DNA of 62,914 bases, filler included. It is 5 parts of 5 records of this genome, joined end to end, with 100 filler letters (N's around TTAATTAATTAA, not from the genome) between each part and the next. Parts side by side here need not be neighbours in the genome. Positions count along the whole stretch, not along the records: positions 1 to 31,447 come from SRR31156797_4284; 4 more parts are not named here. One strand, given 5' to 3'. Both the position numbers and the translations under genes were made by a program. Positions 10,082 through 19,053 of this stretch are shown here, in pieces. Within the stretch, counting starts at the first letter, position 1, and each line of letters opens with the position of its first letter. The notes beneath the pieces were generated by a model, which saw nothing but the letters and a program-made list of their open reading frames with translations, ran no database searches and was not told the DNA's origin.

Positions 10082-10954
10082 ATGAAACGACAAGAAGGTT
10101 TTCCCGGACAAATCAGCTATATCATTCCGGAATCAATTCAGGAATTAGTTCATCATAATCCGATGATATCCGACTTGTACTTAACTGACATTGGCTACTA
10201 CCCCAATGCACGCCACCATTTTAGAGAACGAACATCAGGCAGTTTACAAACCATACTAATTTACTGTACTGCCGGTAGAGGTAAAGTAAAAATTGGTAAA
10301 ACAGAACATGAACTTCCGGCAGATTCTTTTATCATTATCCCCAAAGGTAAATCTCATGCATACTATTCCGATGCAGACACTCCCTGGTCGATATACTGGA
10401 TTCATATCGAAGGAGAAAAAGCCTCCTTATATAATTCTTTTGCTGAAAAAAGTATTTCAATAGAACGAGGGAAAGATTCACGCATAAATTTCAGACTGGA
10501 GCTATTTGAAGAGATATTCAGAAACCTGGAAAGAGGATTTGGAACCGAAACCTTAGAATACATCAACCTTACCCTCAGATATCTTTTGGCCTCATTTACA
10601 CATGTTGAACATTTCCGTTTGGTTAATACAGAAATAGAAAAAGATCCGGTTACACAAAGCATTAATTACATGTTGGAAAACCTAAACCAATCTATTCGGC
10701 TGGAAGAGCTGGCCAAAGTGGTAAAACTTTCGGTTTCACATTTCTCAAGACTGTTTGTTTCTAAGACAAAACAATCACCCATTGATTATTTCAACCAATT
10801 AAAAATGCAACGCGCCTGTCGATTACTTGACATTAGCACTCTTTCAATTACTGAAGTTGCAGAAGAACTGGGCTATGAGGACTCGTTCTACTTCTCCCGT
10901 ATTTTTAAAAAAGTGATGGGAACTTCCCCCAGCCAATTCAGAAAATCGATTTAA
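10082..10954 (+). CDS. AraC-family transcriptional regulator
   Basis: N-terminal cupin (PWSIYWIH) and C-terminal double HTH (LGYEDSFYFSRIFKK); TATATTTG promoter element just upstream; divergent from the transporter. Confidence 0.93.
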   Translation: MKRQEGFPGQISYIIPESIQELVHHNPMISDLYLTDIGYYPNARHHFRERTSGSLQTILIYCTAGRGKVKIGKTEHELPADSFIIIPKGKSHAYYSDADTPWSIYWIHIEGEKASLYNSFAEKSISIERGKDSRINFRLELFEEIFRNLERGFGTETLEYINLTLRYLLASFTHVEHFRLVNTEIEKDPVTQSINYMLENLNQSIRLEELAKVVKLSVSHFSRLFVSKTKQSPIDYFNQLKMQRACRLLDISTLSITEVAEELGYEDSFYFSRIFKKVMGTSPSQFRKSI

Positions 10955-10964
10955 TGAATTAATC

Positions 10965-12101
10965 CTAAACAGTCTCTATATAACTAGCTTCTCTAGGTAA
11001 GCTAATTTTGAATTCCGTTCCTTCTCCTAAAACAGAGCTAACTTCAATTTTCCCCTTTAGCTTTTCAACCAGGGTTTTAATAATGGATAAACCTAATCCA
11101 TTTGAGCTTTCTCCATCGGTCGGGCGAGCTGAAAGTTTTTGAAAACGCTTAAACATATTCTTCTTATCCTCATCGCTAATACCAGGTCCTTCATCACGAA
11201 CGCTAAAATTGATATGATTTTCAGACTCCTGAACACTCACATAAATATTGGCTTTCTTTTCTGAAAACTTAATGGCATTAGACAATAGGTTATTCATAAT
11301 CCTTCTTAACAGAAAATGATCCGTTTTAAATGTACTATTCCCGAGTTGTATTTGCGTAATTAACTTTTGTTCTTTTCTCCTTAATTGCTGCTCTAATGTT
11401 TTTACCCAGTCTTCCAGAAACTCATTTACATCGAACTCAGACAGTACAACCTTCGATTTTCCAAATTCAAAAGAATGCACATCCAATAAATCATCAATAA
11501 AAAAGATGCCTTCTCTGGTCATTTTATCAATAACCGTTAGAAATTCATTTTGAGAAGTACTAAGGGAATTCTCTCGTCTCATTAACTCAACAAAACCAGA
11601 TATCGTTGATAAAGGAGAACGCAGGTCGTGAGCAACTACATTTACCAATCCATCCTTTTCACGATTCAAATCTATTAGCTTATCATTTTGTGCTTTAATT
11701 TCCTGAATGTACATAGATAGGTTCAGACAGGTACGTACCCTTGCCGACAACTCCTGTTTTTCTATAGGTTTGCGAATATAATCAGCAGCTCCGGCATTCA
11801 GCGCTTTATCCAGATCATCAGAAGAAGAACGGCCTGTAGCCATAATAACCGGTATATGATTGGTTTGTGGGTTGCTTTTAATTTCCAGCAAGGCCTCGTA
11901 GCCATTCATAATCGGCATTTCCCAATCCATAATAATTAAATCAGGCATACGTTTTAAGGCTACCTCACAGGCCATTTGGCCATTTATTGCCTGTAAAAAT
12001 TTATAGTTATTCTCCTTGGTCTTTAAGTACCCGGTTACCGAATCAATAATGTCAGGTTGGTCATCTACAATTAAAATGGTAGAGTATAAGTTTTGCGACA
12101 T
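10965..12101 (-). CDS. Hybrid receiver-histidine kinase (REC-HisKA-HATPase)
   Basis: ILIVDD, PDLIIMDWEMP, YIRKP; H-box AHDLRSPL; NLLSNAIKF, DEGPG, GLGL. Confidence 0.92.
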   Translation of the reverse strand: MSQNLYSTILIVDDQPDIIDSVTGYLKTKENNYKFLQAINGQMACEVALKRMPDLIIMDWEMPIMNGYEALLEIKSNPQTNHIPVIMATGRSSSDDLDKALNAGAADYIRKPIEKQELSARVRTCLNLSMYIQEIKAQNDKLIDLNREKDGLVNVVAHDLRSPLSTISGFVELMRRENSLSTSQNEFLTVIDKMTREGIFFIDDLLDVHSFEFGKSKVVLSEFDVNEFLEDWVKTLEQQLRRKEQKLITQIQLGNSTFKTDHFLLRRIMNNLLSNAIKFSEKKANIYVSVQESENHINFSVRDEGPGISDEDKKNMFKRFQKLSARPTDGESSNGLGLSIIKTLVEKLKGKIEVSSVLGEGTEFKISLPREASYIETV

Positions 12102-12104
12102 GTT

Positions 12105-14345
12105 CTATTGATTTACTATTTTCCTATAGGATTCTACATTACCACTATACAATATGCTCATTAAGTTTTCGTTCCATGTAATGATATTTTCATCATCGAT
12201 TAAAGCAATTTTATCGGCAATAGCAGAAACCTCACTAAAATCATACACTTCCCATTGTTTTAATTCCTCAAGGAAAGGTTTGAGTTTTTCTTTTTCAACA
12301 CTGCTTAAGATAGCAACTGTTTCTTCCTTAACACTGATTTTTTCAGTTACAGGTTGATTATCCGAATGTCCGTTTAGCAAAGGTAGTGTAAAAAAGAAAT
12401 TAGACCCCATATTAAACTTAGATTCTACTCCTATTTTTCCATTGTGGGCTTCAACCGCCATTTTACAATACGCCAAACCTAATCCGGTGGAACGAACTGC
12501 ACCTGACTCTCTGGCATTAATTTGTGTATACTTATCGAATACTGTATGCATCTTATCCTTTGGGATACCAATACCATCATCTTTGATAGAAATCAGTACA
12601 TGGGCACCTTCTCTTTCGGCTTTAATTTCAATATTTCCATTATTATTAACGTACTTTACCGCATTGGATAAAATATTCACGATAACTCTTAAAATCAATC
12701 CATAATCAAACCTGGAATACAAATCCTCCTTTGCAGTAAATGAAACACTAATAGATTTTTGCTCAATCATAAAGCTCATTTGCTCCATGGCTTCTTTAAC
12801 TACTTTTTGAACAGCATGATTCCCTAAAGCTAATCCAACATTGACTGTTTCAAACTTTTGAACATCAAGAATATTCATTACCAGGTTATGCATGTATTTA
12901 CCTGCATTATGAATACTCTTTAAACGCCTTTTTGTCGGCATGTTTTCCGAGAATGAAATTACTGTATTCAGCAAGTTTTTAAAATCATGCACAATCATAG
13001 CTGTCATCGATTCCTTGTAATCGTTTAACTCCATCAAGCGATTATTACTTGCAGATAACTCTACATTTATCTGCTGCAATTGAGCTGTACGCGATGCTAC
13101 TTTTTGTTCCAAAACAGCTTTTTGACCTTCTATGATTCGCTCATTCTCCATGGTCTTTTCAATAACTTTTCGCTGAGCCTCAAATTTCTCTTTTTCTATC
13201 TCTTCCTTTTCCCACTCAAATCTTCTAGATAAAAGGAAAGAAAGTAAAAATGCCTCAATCAATGTGGCATATGCCACATAACTCAAGCCTCCTATATATT
13301 TAGGACTACCGGTATTTATATAAAAAGCCTGAAGCGCCACCATGGCAAAATAAATTAAATAGGTAAAGGCAAAGTAGTACCCCATTTTATTTCCTTTTTT
13401 ACCTACTTTAATACCCACATACCCCATGGCAGAAAATGATATAAGTGCATTTACTGTATTGATAGGCTGAACGATCGGAAAAGAAAAAAAGAATTTGACC
13501 ATCATCCATACTCCAAAATATATGGCAATTCCCAATACGATTTTATAGATTTTGGGGTGAAATCTTTTGGCTTCAAGAAAGACAAGACAATATATAGTTT
13601 GAACCGTTACGCCAATGGCCGGGATAGTGGTATATAAAAACTTAAGATTTACCTGAGGAATAAAATACACAACAAAGCCATCAATTACCAAGGCCGCATA
13701 ACATATATATACTGTTACGATAAAGGCATAAAACAAGTATAACCCCTTTCTTAGAGAAATAAAAAGGAAAATATTATACAGTACCACAAAAAGCATTAAG
13801 CCAAGATAAATTCCATAGCCAATCTTTTGTTTGGTTGAATTAAATTCGAATGTACGTTCGTTATAAATAAAAAGAGGAACAGGCTCTGAGTTCGTATTCA
13901 TTCTGAGGTAACAAGTAATTTTACCTGGAGGCAAATTAAAAACCTGATAGGAACTATTTATTTCCTTTTTGTCCATCCCAACTTCATATCCTCCTTTTAA
14001 ATAGCGCACAGTATCACCATTAAGCTGATAATATAAATCAGCGATAGGTATGCCTGCCTGTGCCAACTCTAACCAAACATTTTCTGAGGATTGATTGTCT
14101 ATGGTAAATCGTAGCCAAAAAAACGAATCGGTATAACCTAAACTTAAAATTGGATTATCCGAAGGTTTAAACTGATCTTGATATTCCAAAGAGGAAACCT
14201 GTGCATATGAAAGAGAACCTGTTGCATCCTCCAGTATTTCAACTTTATCTCCTATTGACATCTTATCAACATGATGATCCCATACAATTTCCTGCGCATT
14301 TAAAATTGCAGGAAACAGAATAAGAAGTAGCAACAAATTCTTCAT
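12105..14345 (-). CDS. 7TM-DISM sensor histidine kinase
   Basis: Signal peptide, DISMED2-like LGYTDSFFWLRF domain, ~7 TM segments (GIYLGLMLFVVLYNIFLF), coiled coil, H-box VHDFKN, NAVKY, DDGIG, GLGL. Confidence 0.88.
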   Translation of the reverse strand: MKNLLLLLILFPAILNAQEIVWDHHVDKMSIGDKVEILEDATGSLSYAQVSSLEYQDQFKPSDNPILSLGYTDSFFWLRFTIDNQSSENVWLELAQAGIPIADLYYQLNGDTVRYLKGGYEVGMDKKEINSSYQVFNLPPGKITCYLRMNTNSEPVPLFIYNERTFEFNSTKQKIGYGIYLGLMLFVVLYNIFLFISLRKGLYLFYAFIVTVYICYAALVIDGFVVYFIPQVNLKFLYTTIPAIGVTVQTIYCLVFLEAKRFHPKIYKIVLGIAIYFGVWMMVKFFFSFPIVQPINTVNALISFSAMGYVGIKVGKKGNKMGYYFAFTYLIYFAMVALQAFYINTGSPKYIGGLSYVAYATLIEAFLLSFLLSRRFEWEKEEIEKEKFEAQRKVIEKTMENERIIEGQKAVLEQKVASRTAQLQQINVELSASNNRLMELNDYKESMTAMIVHDFKNLLNTVISFSENMPTKRRLKSIHNAGKYMHNLVMNILDVQKFETVNVGLALGNHAVQKVVKEAMEQMSFMIEQKSISVSFTAKEDLYSRFDYGLILRVIVNILSNAVKYVNNNGNIEIKAEREGAHVLISIKDDGIGIPKDKMHTVFDKYTQINARESGAVRSTGLGLAYCKMAVEAHNGKIGVESKFNMGSNFFFTLPLLNGHSDNQPVTEKISVKEETVAILSSVEKEKLKPFLEELKQWEVYDFSEVSAIADKIALIDDENIITWNENLMSILYSGNVESYRKIVNQ

Positions 14346-14386
14346 GTGTATCTAATTTGAGTTTTATCCTCTACTAAAATATAGCA

Positions 14387-15565
14387 TTAAATATCCAGCG
14401 GATTTTCCTTTAAAAATTTAGCAGGAATATTTAATAATGTAGCACATGCAATCCACCATAACCAGCAGTAAACACCAAAAGGTAAATAACCAAAATAACC
14501 CAACACTGGCATTTCGAAAATATGTGCAGTATTTACGTATGGAAGACTATATTGCCAATAAGCCGGATCATTAGTAAACAAGGCTGTTTGACCATCATGT
14601 ATAGCACTTAGATAGTTCTGTCCTTCAAGTGTAAAACCGGCAACAAAATAAGTTAATGCCGAAAGCAGAACCGGCCCCCAATTTCCTTTTGAAATCGGAT
14701 CCAAAGGAGTCCATATTCCAATTTTATTTAAAATGATAGCTAATATTACTGGCGGTGAAACCCATAATACAAAAAACAGCATATCGGGAAATAAACCTGC
14801 TGCTACCATCGAAGCCAATGACAAAACCAATAGGACATTCTTAATACTTGTACTTAAAGTGATTTTAATACCGTTTTTAAATCGATTGGCAAACTTTGGA
14901 AATGTTAAGAACAATAAATACCACTCAAAAGCCAATGGCAATAAACCTGACGAAATAACAAATGCGTATAATAAAAACTCTTCTCTGTCCAGGATATTTC
15001 CCCATGGATAATACCAGTTATCATCCACAAAGAAGTTCATAAATTCAAAAATCATCCAACCTGTCATAGAAGCCACTCCAATGCCGATTAACTCCTGAGG
15101 TACGATGGCAACTAAAGATTTACCTCCTGTTCGTCGATAAACGATTCCATCCAACATTAAAACGGCACCCCAAAACAAGGGTAGGTCACTCCAGTGAATA
15201 AACCATGCCGGTTGTTTTAAATGTAATGCTAAAAAGGTAAGCGATGTACCCCAACATAATAATCCAAACCAAAACCAATACGGTAGTTTGGCTTTTTTAA
15301 TAATAGGTACTTCGGGAATGGCAACCTTTTTAAAACCAAACCATTTAGGAACAATATAGATAGCAGCTATTCCAAGGCATACCAAGGCAACAAAGCAAAA
15401 TATATAAATATTAAAACCGGGTTTATCCATTGGTTTTAAAGGAGGATAAGCAAAAAAGTCTGCAGGAAACTCTCCATTAAAGTAAAAATAACCTCCTAAC
15501 CAAGGCAGAAACAACATGGCTGCCATCGCCAGAAGCAAATAAATCATTTTACATGTAACGCTCAT
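14387..15565 (-). CDS. Uncharacterised polytopic membrane protein
   Basis: 392 aa, ~10 hydrophobic segments, two related E-x-x-N...W-x-Y motifs and C-terminal FEMPVLGYFGYLPFG. Confidence 0.7.
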   Translation of the reverse strand: MSVTCKMIYLLLAMAAMLFLPWLGGYFYFNGEFPADFFAYPPLKPMDKPGFNIYIFCFVALVCLGIAAIYIVPKWFGFKKVAIPEVPIIKKAKLPYWFWFGLLCWGTSLTFLALHLKQPAWFIHWSDLPLFWGAVLMLDGIVYRRTGGKSLVAIVPQELIGIGVASMTGWMIFEFMNFFVDDNWYYPWGNILDREEFLLYAFVISSGLLPLAFEWYLLFLTFPKFANRFKNGIKITLSTSIKNVLLVLSLASMVAAGLFPDMLFFVLWVSPPVILAIILNKIGIWTPLDPISKGNWGPVLLSALTYFVAGFTLEGQNYLSAIHDGQTALFTNDPAYWQYSLPYVNTAHIFEMPVLGYFGYLPFGVYCWLWWIACATLLNIPAKFLKENPLDI

Positions 15566-15665
15566 TATTCAATTTTTTGTTACCAATTAGTTTTCAGGAC
15601 TTCCTTGACACAACGATTCATTCCACTATCCTTAATTAATCAGTATAATCGTTTATAATTATTTC

Positions 15666-16406
15666 TTAATTTGACTTTACAGGAATACTTTCCAATTCCG
15701 GAGCTGCTTCAATATTGTTTACATAGTAGAAAATAATCAACAATAAATACTGCACAACTCCAAACAGTCCCATCATTGCATATGCAGGCCAATGATCGGC
15801 AATAGGCCATAAAGCTTTCCAAACTATTTTCAGAATTTGAACAGGCTCTAAAAATATCTCCCATGAATACAGATAACCATTACCTAGTTTGATCGCAGAT
15901 ATCAACTCTCTTCCCATATAAAAACCTAAGCAACTTAAAATTAAGGTCGAATGCAAAGCGATTTGAGCAAATCGATTACCATACCTTAGTTTAAACAATC
16001 GGAACATCATTTTTAAAGACAAGAAACCATAAAATACAGACAGCATGGCCAATGAAAAAATAATGATGGTATCGTACTTAATTAAATCCGGATTTAGTTT
16101 AGAAGCCGGGTCCTGACTATCGTGAATAAGATCGCTAATCATATAAGGCGCATTAGGATAAAACAGCACCCATAAGATTGTTCCAATCCAAAAAACAAAC
16201 GTATTTATTTTTGTATTGAATCGATAAAGTAAATAAGCAATAACAATAACAGGTAAAGATCCAATAAACAAGTTTGACCGAAGAAATGAATAGAAATCAT
16301 TTCCTACTATAATATTGCGTATAAACAACAACAATAAGTTTATAACAGTAATCAGTACTACAATACTTAAAAAATTATCCTTTTTACTCCATTTAAAATT
16401 TATCAT
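15666..16406 (-). CDS. DUF1361-like membrane protein
   Basis: LWVLFYPNAPYMISDLIH and GFYMGR...SWEIFLEP motifs. Confidence 0.75.
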   Translation of the reverse strand: MINFKWSKKDNFLSIVVLITVINLLLLFIRNIIVGNDFYSFLRSNLFIGSLPVIVIAYLLYRFNTKINTFVFWIGTILWVLFYPNAPYMISDLIHDSQDPASKLNPDLIKYDTIIIFSLAMLSVFYGFLSLKMMFRLFKLRYGNRFAQIALHSTLILSCLGFYMGRELISAIKLGNGYLYSWEIFLEPVQILKIVWKALWPIADHWPAYAMMGLFGVVQYLLLIIFYYVNNIEAAPELESIPVKSN

Positions 16407-16682
16407 TTTCTATATTTTATATTGGATTGTTGCAACATAATAACAAAGCATCCATTTAATGGTAATTTGTTATTGTTCACAATTATAGACAAGTATATTC
16501 AATTTAACAAATTACTTATTTAAATATTTTATTATATCTATACAACGAAATAAGACATAACGCTATCTGCACTAATGTTTAATTATTTTGATTTCTATCG
16601 ATTATAATCCTTAACAAAAGGATAAAACTAACGGTATACACACATGTTCAATACAAGAAAAAAGACATCTTAAATACTAAAC

Positions 16683-16718
16683 AAAAAATCCCTGCATTTA
16701 CGTATGCAAGGATTCTTT
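16683..16718 (-). terminator. Intrinsic terminator after the TonB-dependent receptor
   Basis: Minus strand AATCCTTGCAT-ACGTAA-ATGCAGGGATT followed by a T run. Confidence 0.7.
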
Positions 16719-16750
16719 AAATATTTTTCTTTTATTGAAATAGAATTAAA

Positions 16751-18820
16751 CTACAAATCCAGTTTTAATCTTACACCGGCTTTAATCCAACGTCCGGGTT
16801 GATACAGCTGACCAATATCGGTGTATTTTTTATCGAATAAATTAGTTGCCTCAGCATAAATGGTATAAACAGGTTTATTCCAGCTTATTTTAAGATCAAC
16901 TACCCAAAATGGGTCATATTCTTTTAATGTTGATTCTCCACTTACCATATCATATTCCTGATATTCTCCCATTCTATCCTGATATTGAGCAGTCCAGGAA
17001 GCACTCAAATCACCTAGCACTTTATGTTGCAAGGTTCCTGAAAATTTATCTTTTAAATAATCAAATACATATCTTGAGTTATAGCCTCTGCTTGCCGATT
17101 TATCCTGATCTAACCAGGCATAAGACAGATTCACAGATTGCAAAACATCTTGTCCTTTTAGCAGACTTAATAGATTTAAGTTAATAACAGATTCGATACC
17201 ATATGTATTTACACTATTAATATTAGAAGTCTTCCACTTATCAGTCTCTGCTGCATCAACCGGCTTTCCCCAATCAATCATATTTTTACCCTCACGATAA
17301 AAACCCGATACTTGCATATTGATGCCTTTTAAACTACGATATTTAACACCTCCTTCTAAGGTCACCGCTTCTTCCGGTTTCAAATCCGGATTACCTTCAA
17401 TCGTTCTGGAAGTATAAAACAAATCGGTAAAAGTAGGCATGCGCAATGATTCGTTTACACTGGCAAAAACCTTAAACTCATCGTTAATCCAATAACTCAC
17501 ATCAGCACCATAAAATAAATCAAATTTCCAACCTAAATCAGAGTTTAGGTTAGCCATGACACCTCCCGAAATTGAAAATCGATTAAAAACATAGCTATGC
17601 TCTGCAAAAAAGGAGGAATTGGTACGATTATATTTATACGCGAAAAATCCATCAGGCTCTCCCGGAGCAGAAATAATATCAATCTGATTACCTAATACAT
17701 TACTCCAGATGCTTTCGGAACGCAAATCTGCGCCAATGGATGTTTTACCTAATGGTGAACCAATCACTGCATTTATATTAGCTCCCAATACATCAGTTAA
17801 ATGATAGTTATGATTTGTATACCACGTAGCCGCTCCTTTATTATCCCGGTACAATTCAAAACGATCGTTATGACGTCGCCAATAGACAGAACTCTTAATA
17901 GGATTTTTAGTTTTTGAGGCAAAACTCAAACTGGCAAATGTGGTTCTGGTTTGTTCATATTGATTTGGATATTGAGCACTATAAAAAGAATTGGCTCCAA
18001 AGCCTTTTTCGGTATAGCCTAACTGTAATTCAATCTTTTCAGTTTCTCCGTTTAATTGCCCTTGATAGAACAAATTGTAGATTTCGAAATCGGTGTTCTC
18101 AATGTATCCGTCAGTGGCCGATTTATTCGCAGCAACAAAGCTCTTAAACTGTCCTTGCGCATAAGTTCCGTTAACCCCGAGATTATATAAACCATGATCT
18201 CCAGCCATTACATTGGCTTTTATATTGGAAGAATCATCAGTTCCGGTAATAAAATTAATGGCTCCGCTAAAAGCACTTGAACCGTAAATTCTGGCTCCCG
18301 GACCTTCTAAAATTTCCACTCTTTCAATACTCTGAAAATCGACCGGGAGATTTAAGTTATGATGACCCGTTTGTGGATCAGCGATATTTACGCCATTAAG
18401 CAGAATCATCACCTGATCAAAAGACCCTCCTCGCACACTTACATCAGCCTGAACACCTAATGCACCTCTTTGACGCACATCAACGTTGGCCACATATTCC
18501 AACAACTGATCCACACTTTGAACAGGCAACAATTCGATTTCCCTTTTAGTAATCACTTTTACCACTCTTCCCACTTCGGAATATTGAACCGGCGTTCTTC
18601 GGGCAGAAATTTCTATTTCCTCAAGGTTGATTTTTTTATTGACAGAAGCTGAATCGGTTTGAGCAAATGTTTGTGTAAAACCTAAAAAGCTTAAATAGAT
18701 AACGGCCAACATACCTACTTTCACTTGTTTTTTTATGGTATTGAATGATGAATAACCTTTACCGGTCCATTTACAAAACATCATACTATTGTTTAAAACT
18801 TGAATTTTACTAAATCTCAT
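16751..18820 (-). CDS. TonB-dependent receptor (non-SusC type)
   Basis: Plug motifs SVRGG, ILLNG, IERVEILEGPGARIYG; GNPDLKPE; C-terminal NLFD...PGRWIKAGVRLKLDL. Likely start 18820. Confidence 0.92.
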   Translation of the reverse strand: MRFSKIQVLNNSMMFCKWTGKGYSSFNTIKKQVKVGMLAVIYLSFLGFTQTFAQTDSASVNKKINLEEIEISARRTPVQYSEVGRVVKVITKREIELLPVQSVDQLLEYVANVDVRQRGALGVQADVSVRGGSFDQVMILLNGVNIADPQTGHHNLNLPVDFQSIERVEILEGPGARIYGSSAFSGAINFITGTDDSSNIKANVMAGDHGLYNLGVNGTYAQGQFKSFVAANKSATDGYIENTDFEIYNLFYQGQLNGETEKIELQLGYTEKGFGANSFYSAQYPNQYEQTRTTFASLSFASKTKNPIKSSVYWRRHNDRFELYRDNKGAATWYTNHNYHLTDVLGANINAVIGSPLGKTSIGADLRSESIWSNVLGNQIDIISAPGEPDGFFAYKYNRTNSSFFAEHSYVFNRFSISGGVMANLNSDLGWKFDLFYGADVSYWINDEFKVFASVNESLRMPTFTDLFYTSRTIEGNPDLKPEEAVTLEGGVKYRSLKGINMQVSGFYREGKNMIDWGKPVDAAETDKWKTSNINSVNTYGIESVINLNLLSLLKGQDVLQSVNLSYAWLDQDKSASRGYNSRYVFDYLKDKFSGTLQHKVLGDLSASWTAQYQDRMGEYQEYDMVSGESTLKEYDPFWVVDLKISWNKPVYTIYAEATNLFDKKYTDIGQLYQPGRWIKAGVRLKLDL

Positions 18821-18910
18821 TGGTATAAATTTTAATTGTATTTGCCATATCAAACAAGTCCGTCTTAATCATTGTTCTACAATATGATTCCAAAAGACTT
18901 GTTTTCTAAA

Positions 18911-18947
18911 CTTATTTTTATTGATTTTAAATAAGCCGCAAAACTAA
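18911..18947 (-). promoter_or_regulatory. -7 promoter element with an AT-rich inverted repeat at the predicted start site (possible metal/iron repressor box)
   Basis: TAGTTTTG on the minus strand near 18939-18946; CTTATTT-N11-AAATAAG at 18911-18935. Confidence 0.45.
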
Positions 18948-19053
18948 TAAAATTAGCATCATATACCGTGTTAATATAGTTTAATACTGTGTTTTAGATC
19001 GTTTACACAGCTTCAACTGCAACAACCTGAGCGAAAATGTAAATATCAAACGG

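Noticed and set aside
18821..19053. Cobalamin riboswitch upstream of the TonB receptor
   Set aside because: No recognisable B12-box or conserved core; the region is short and AT-rich.
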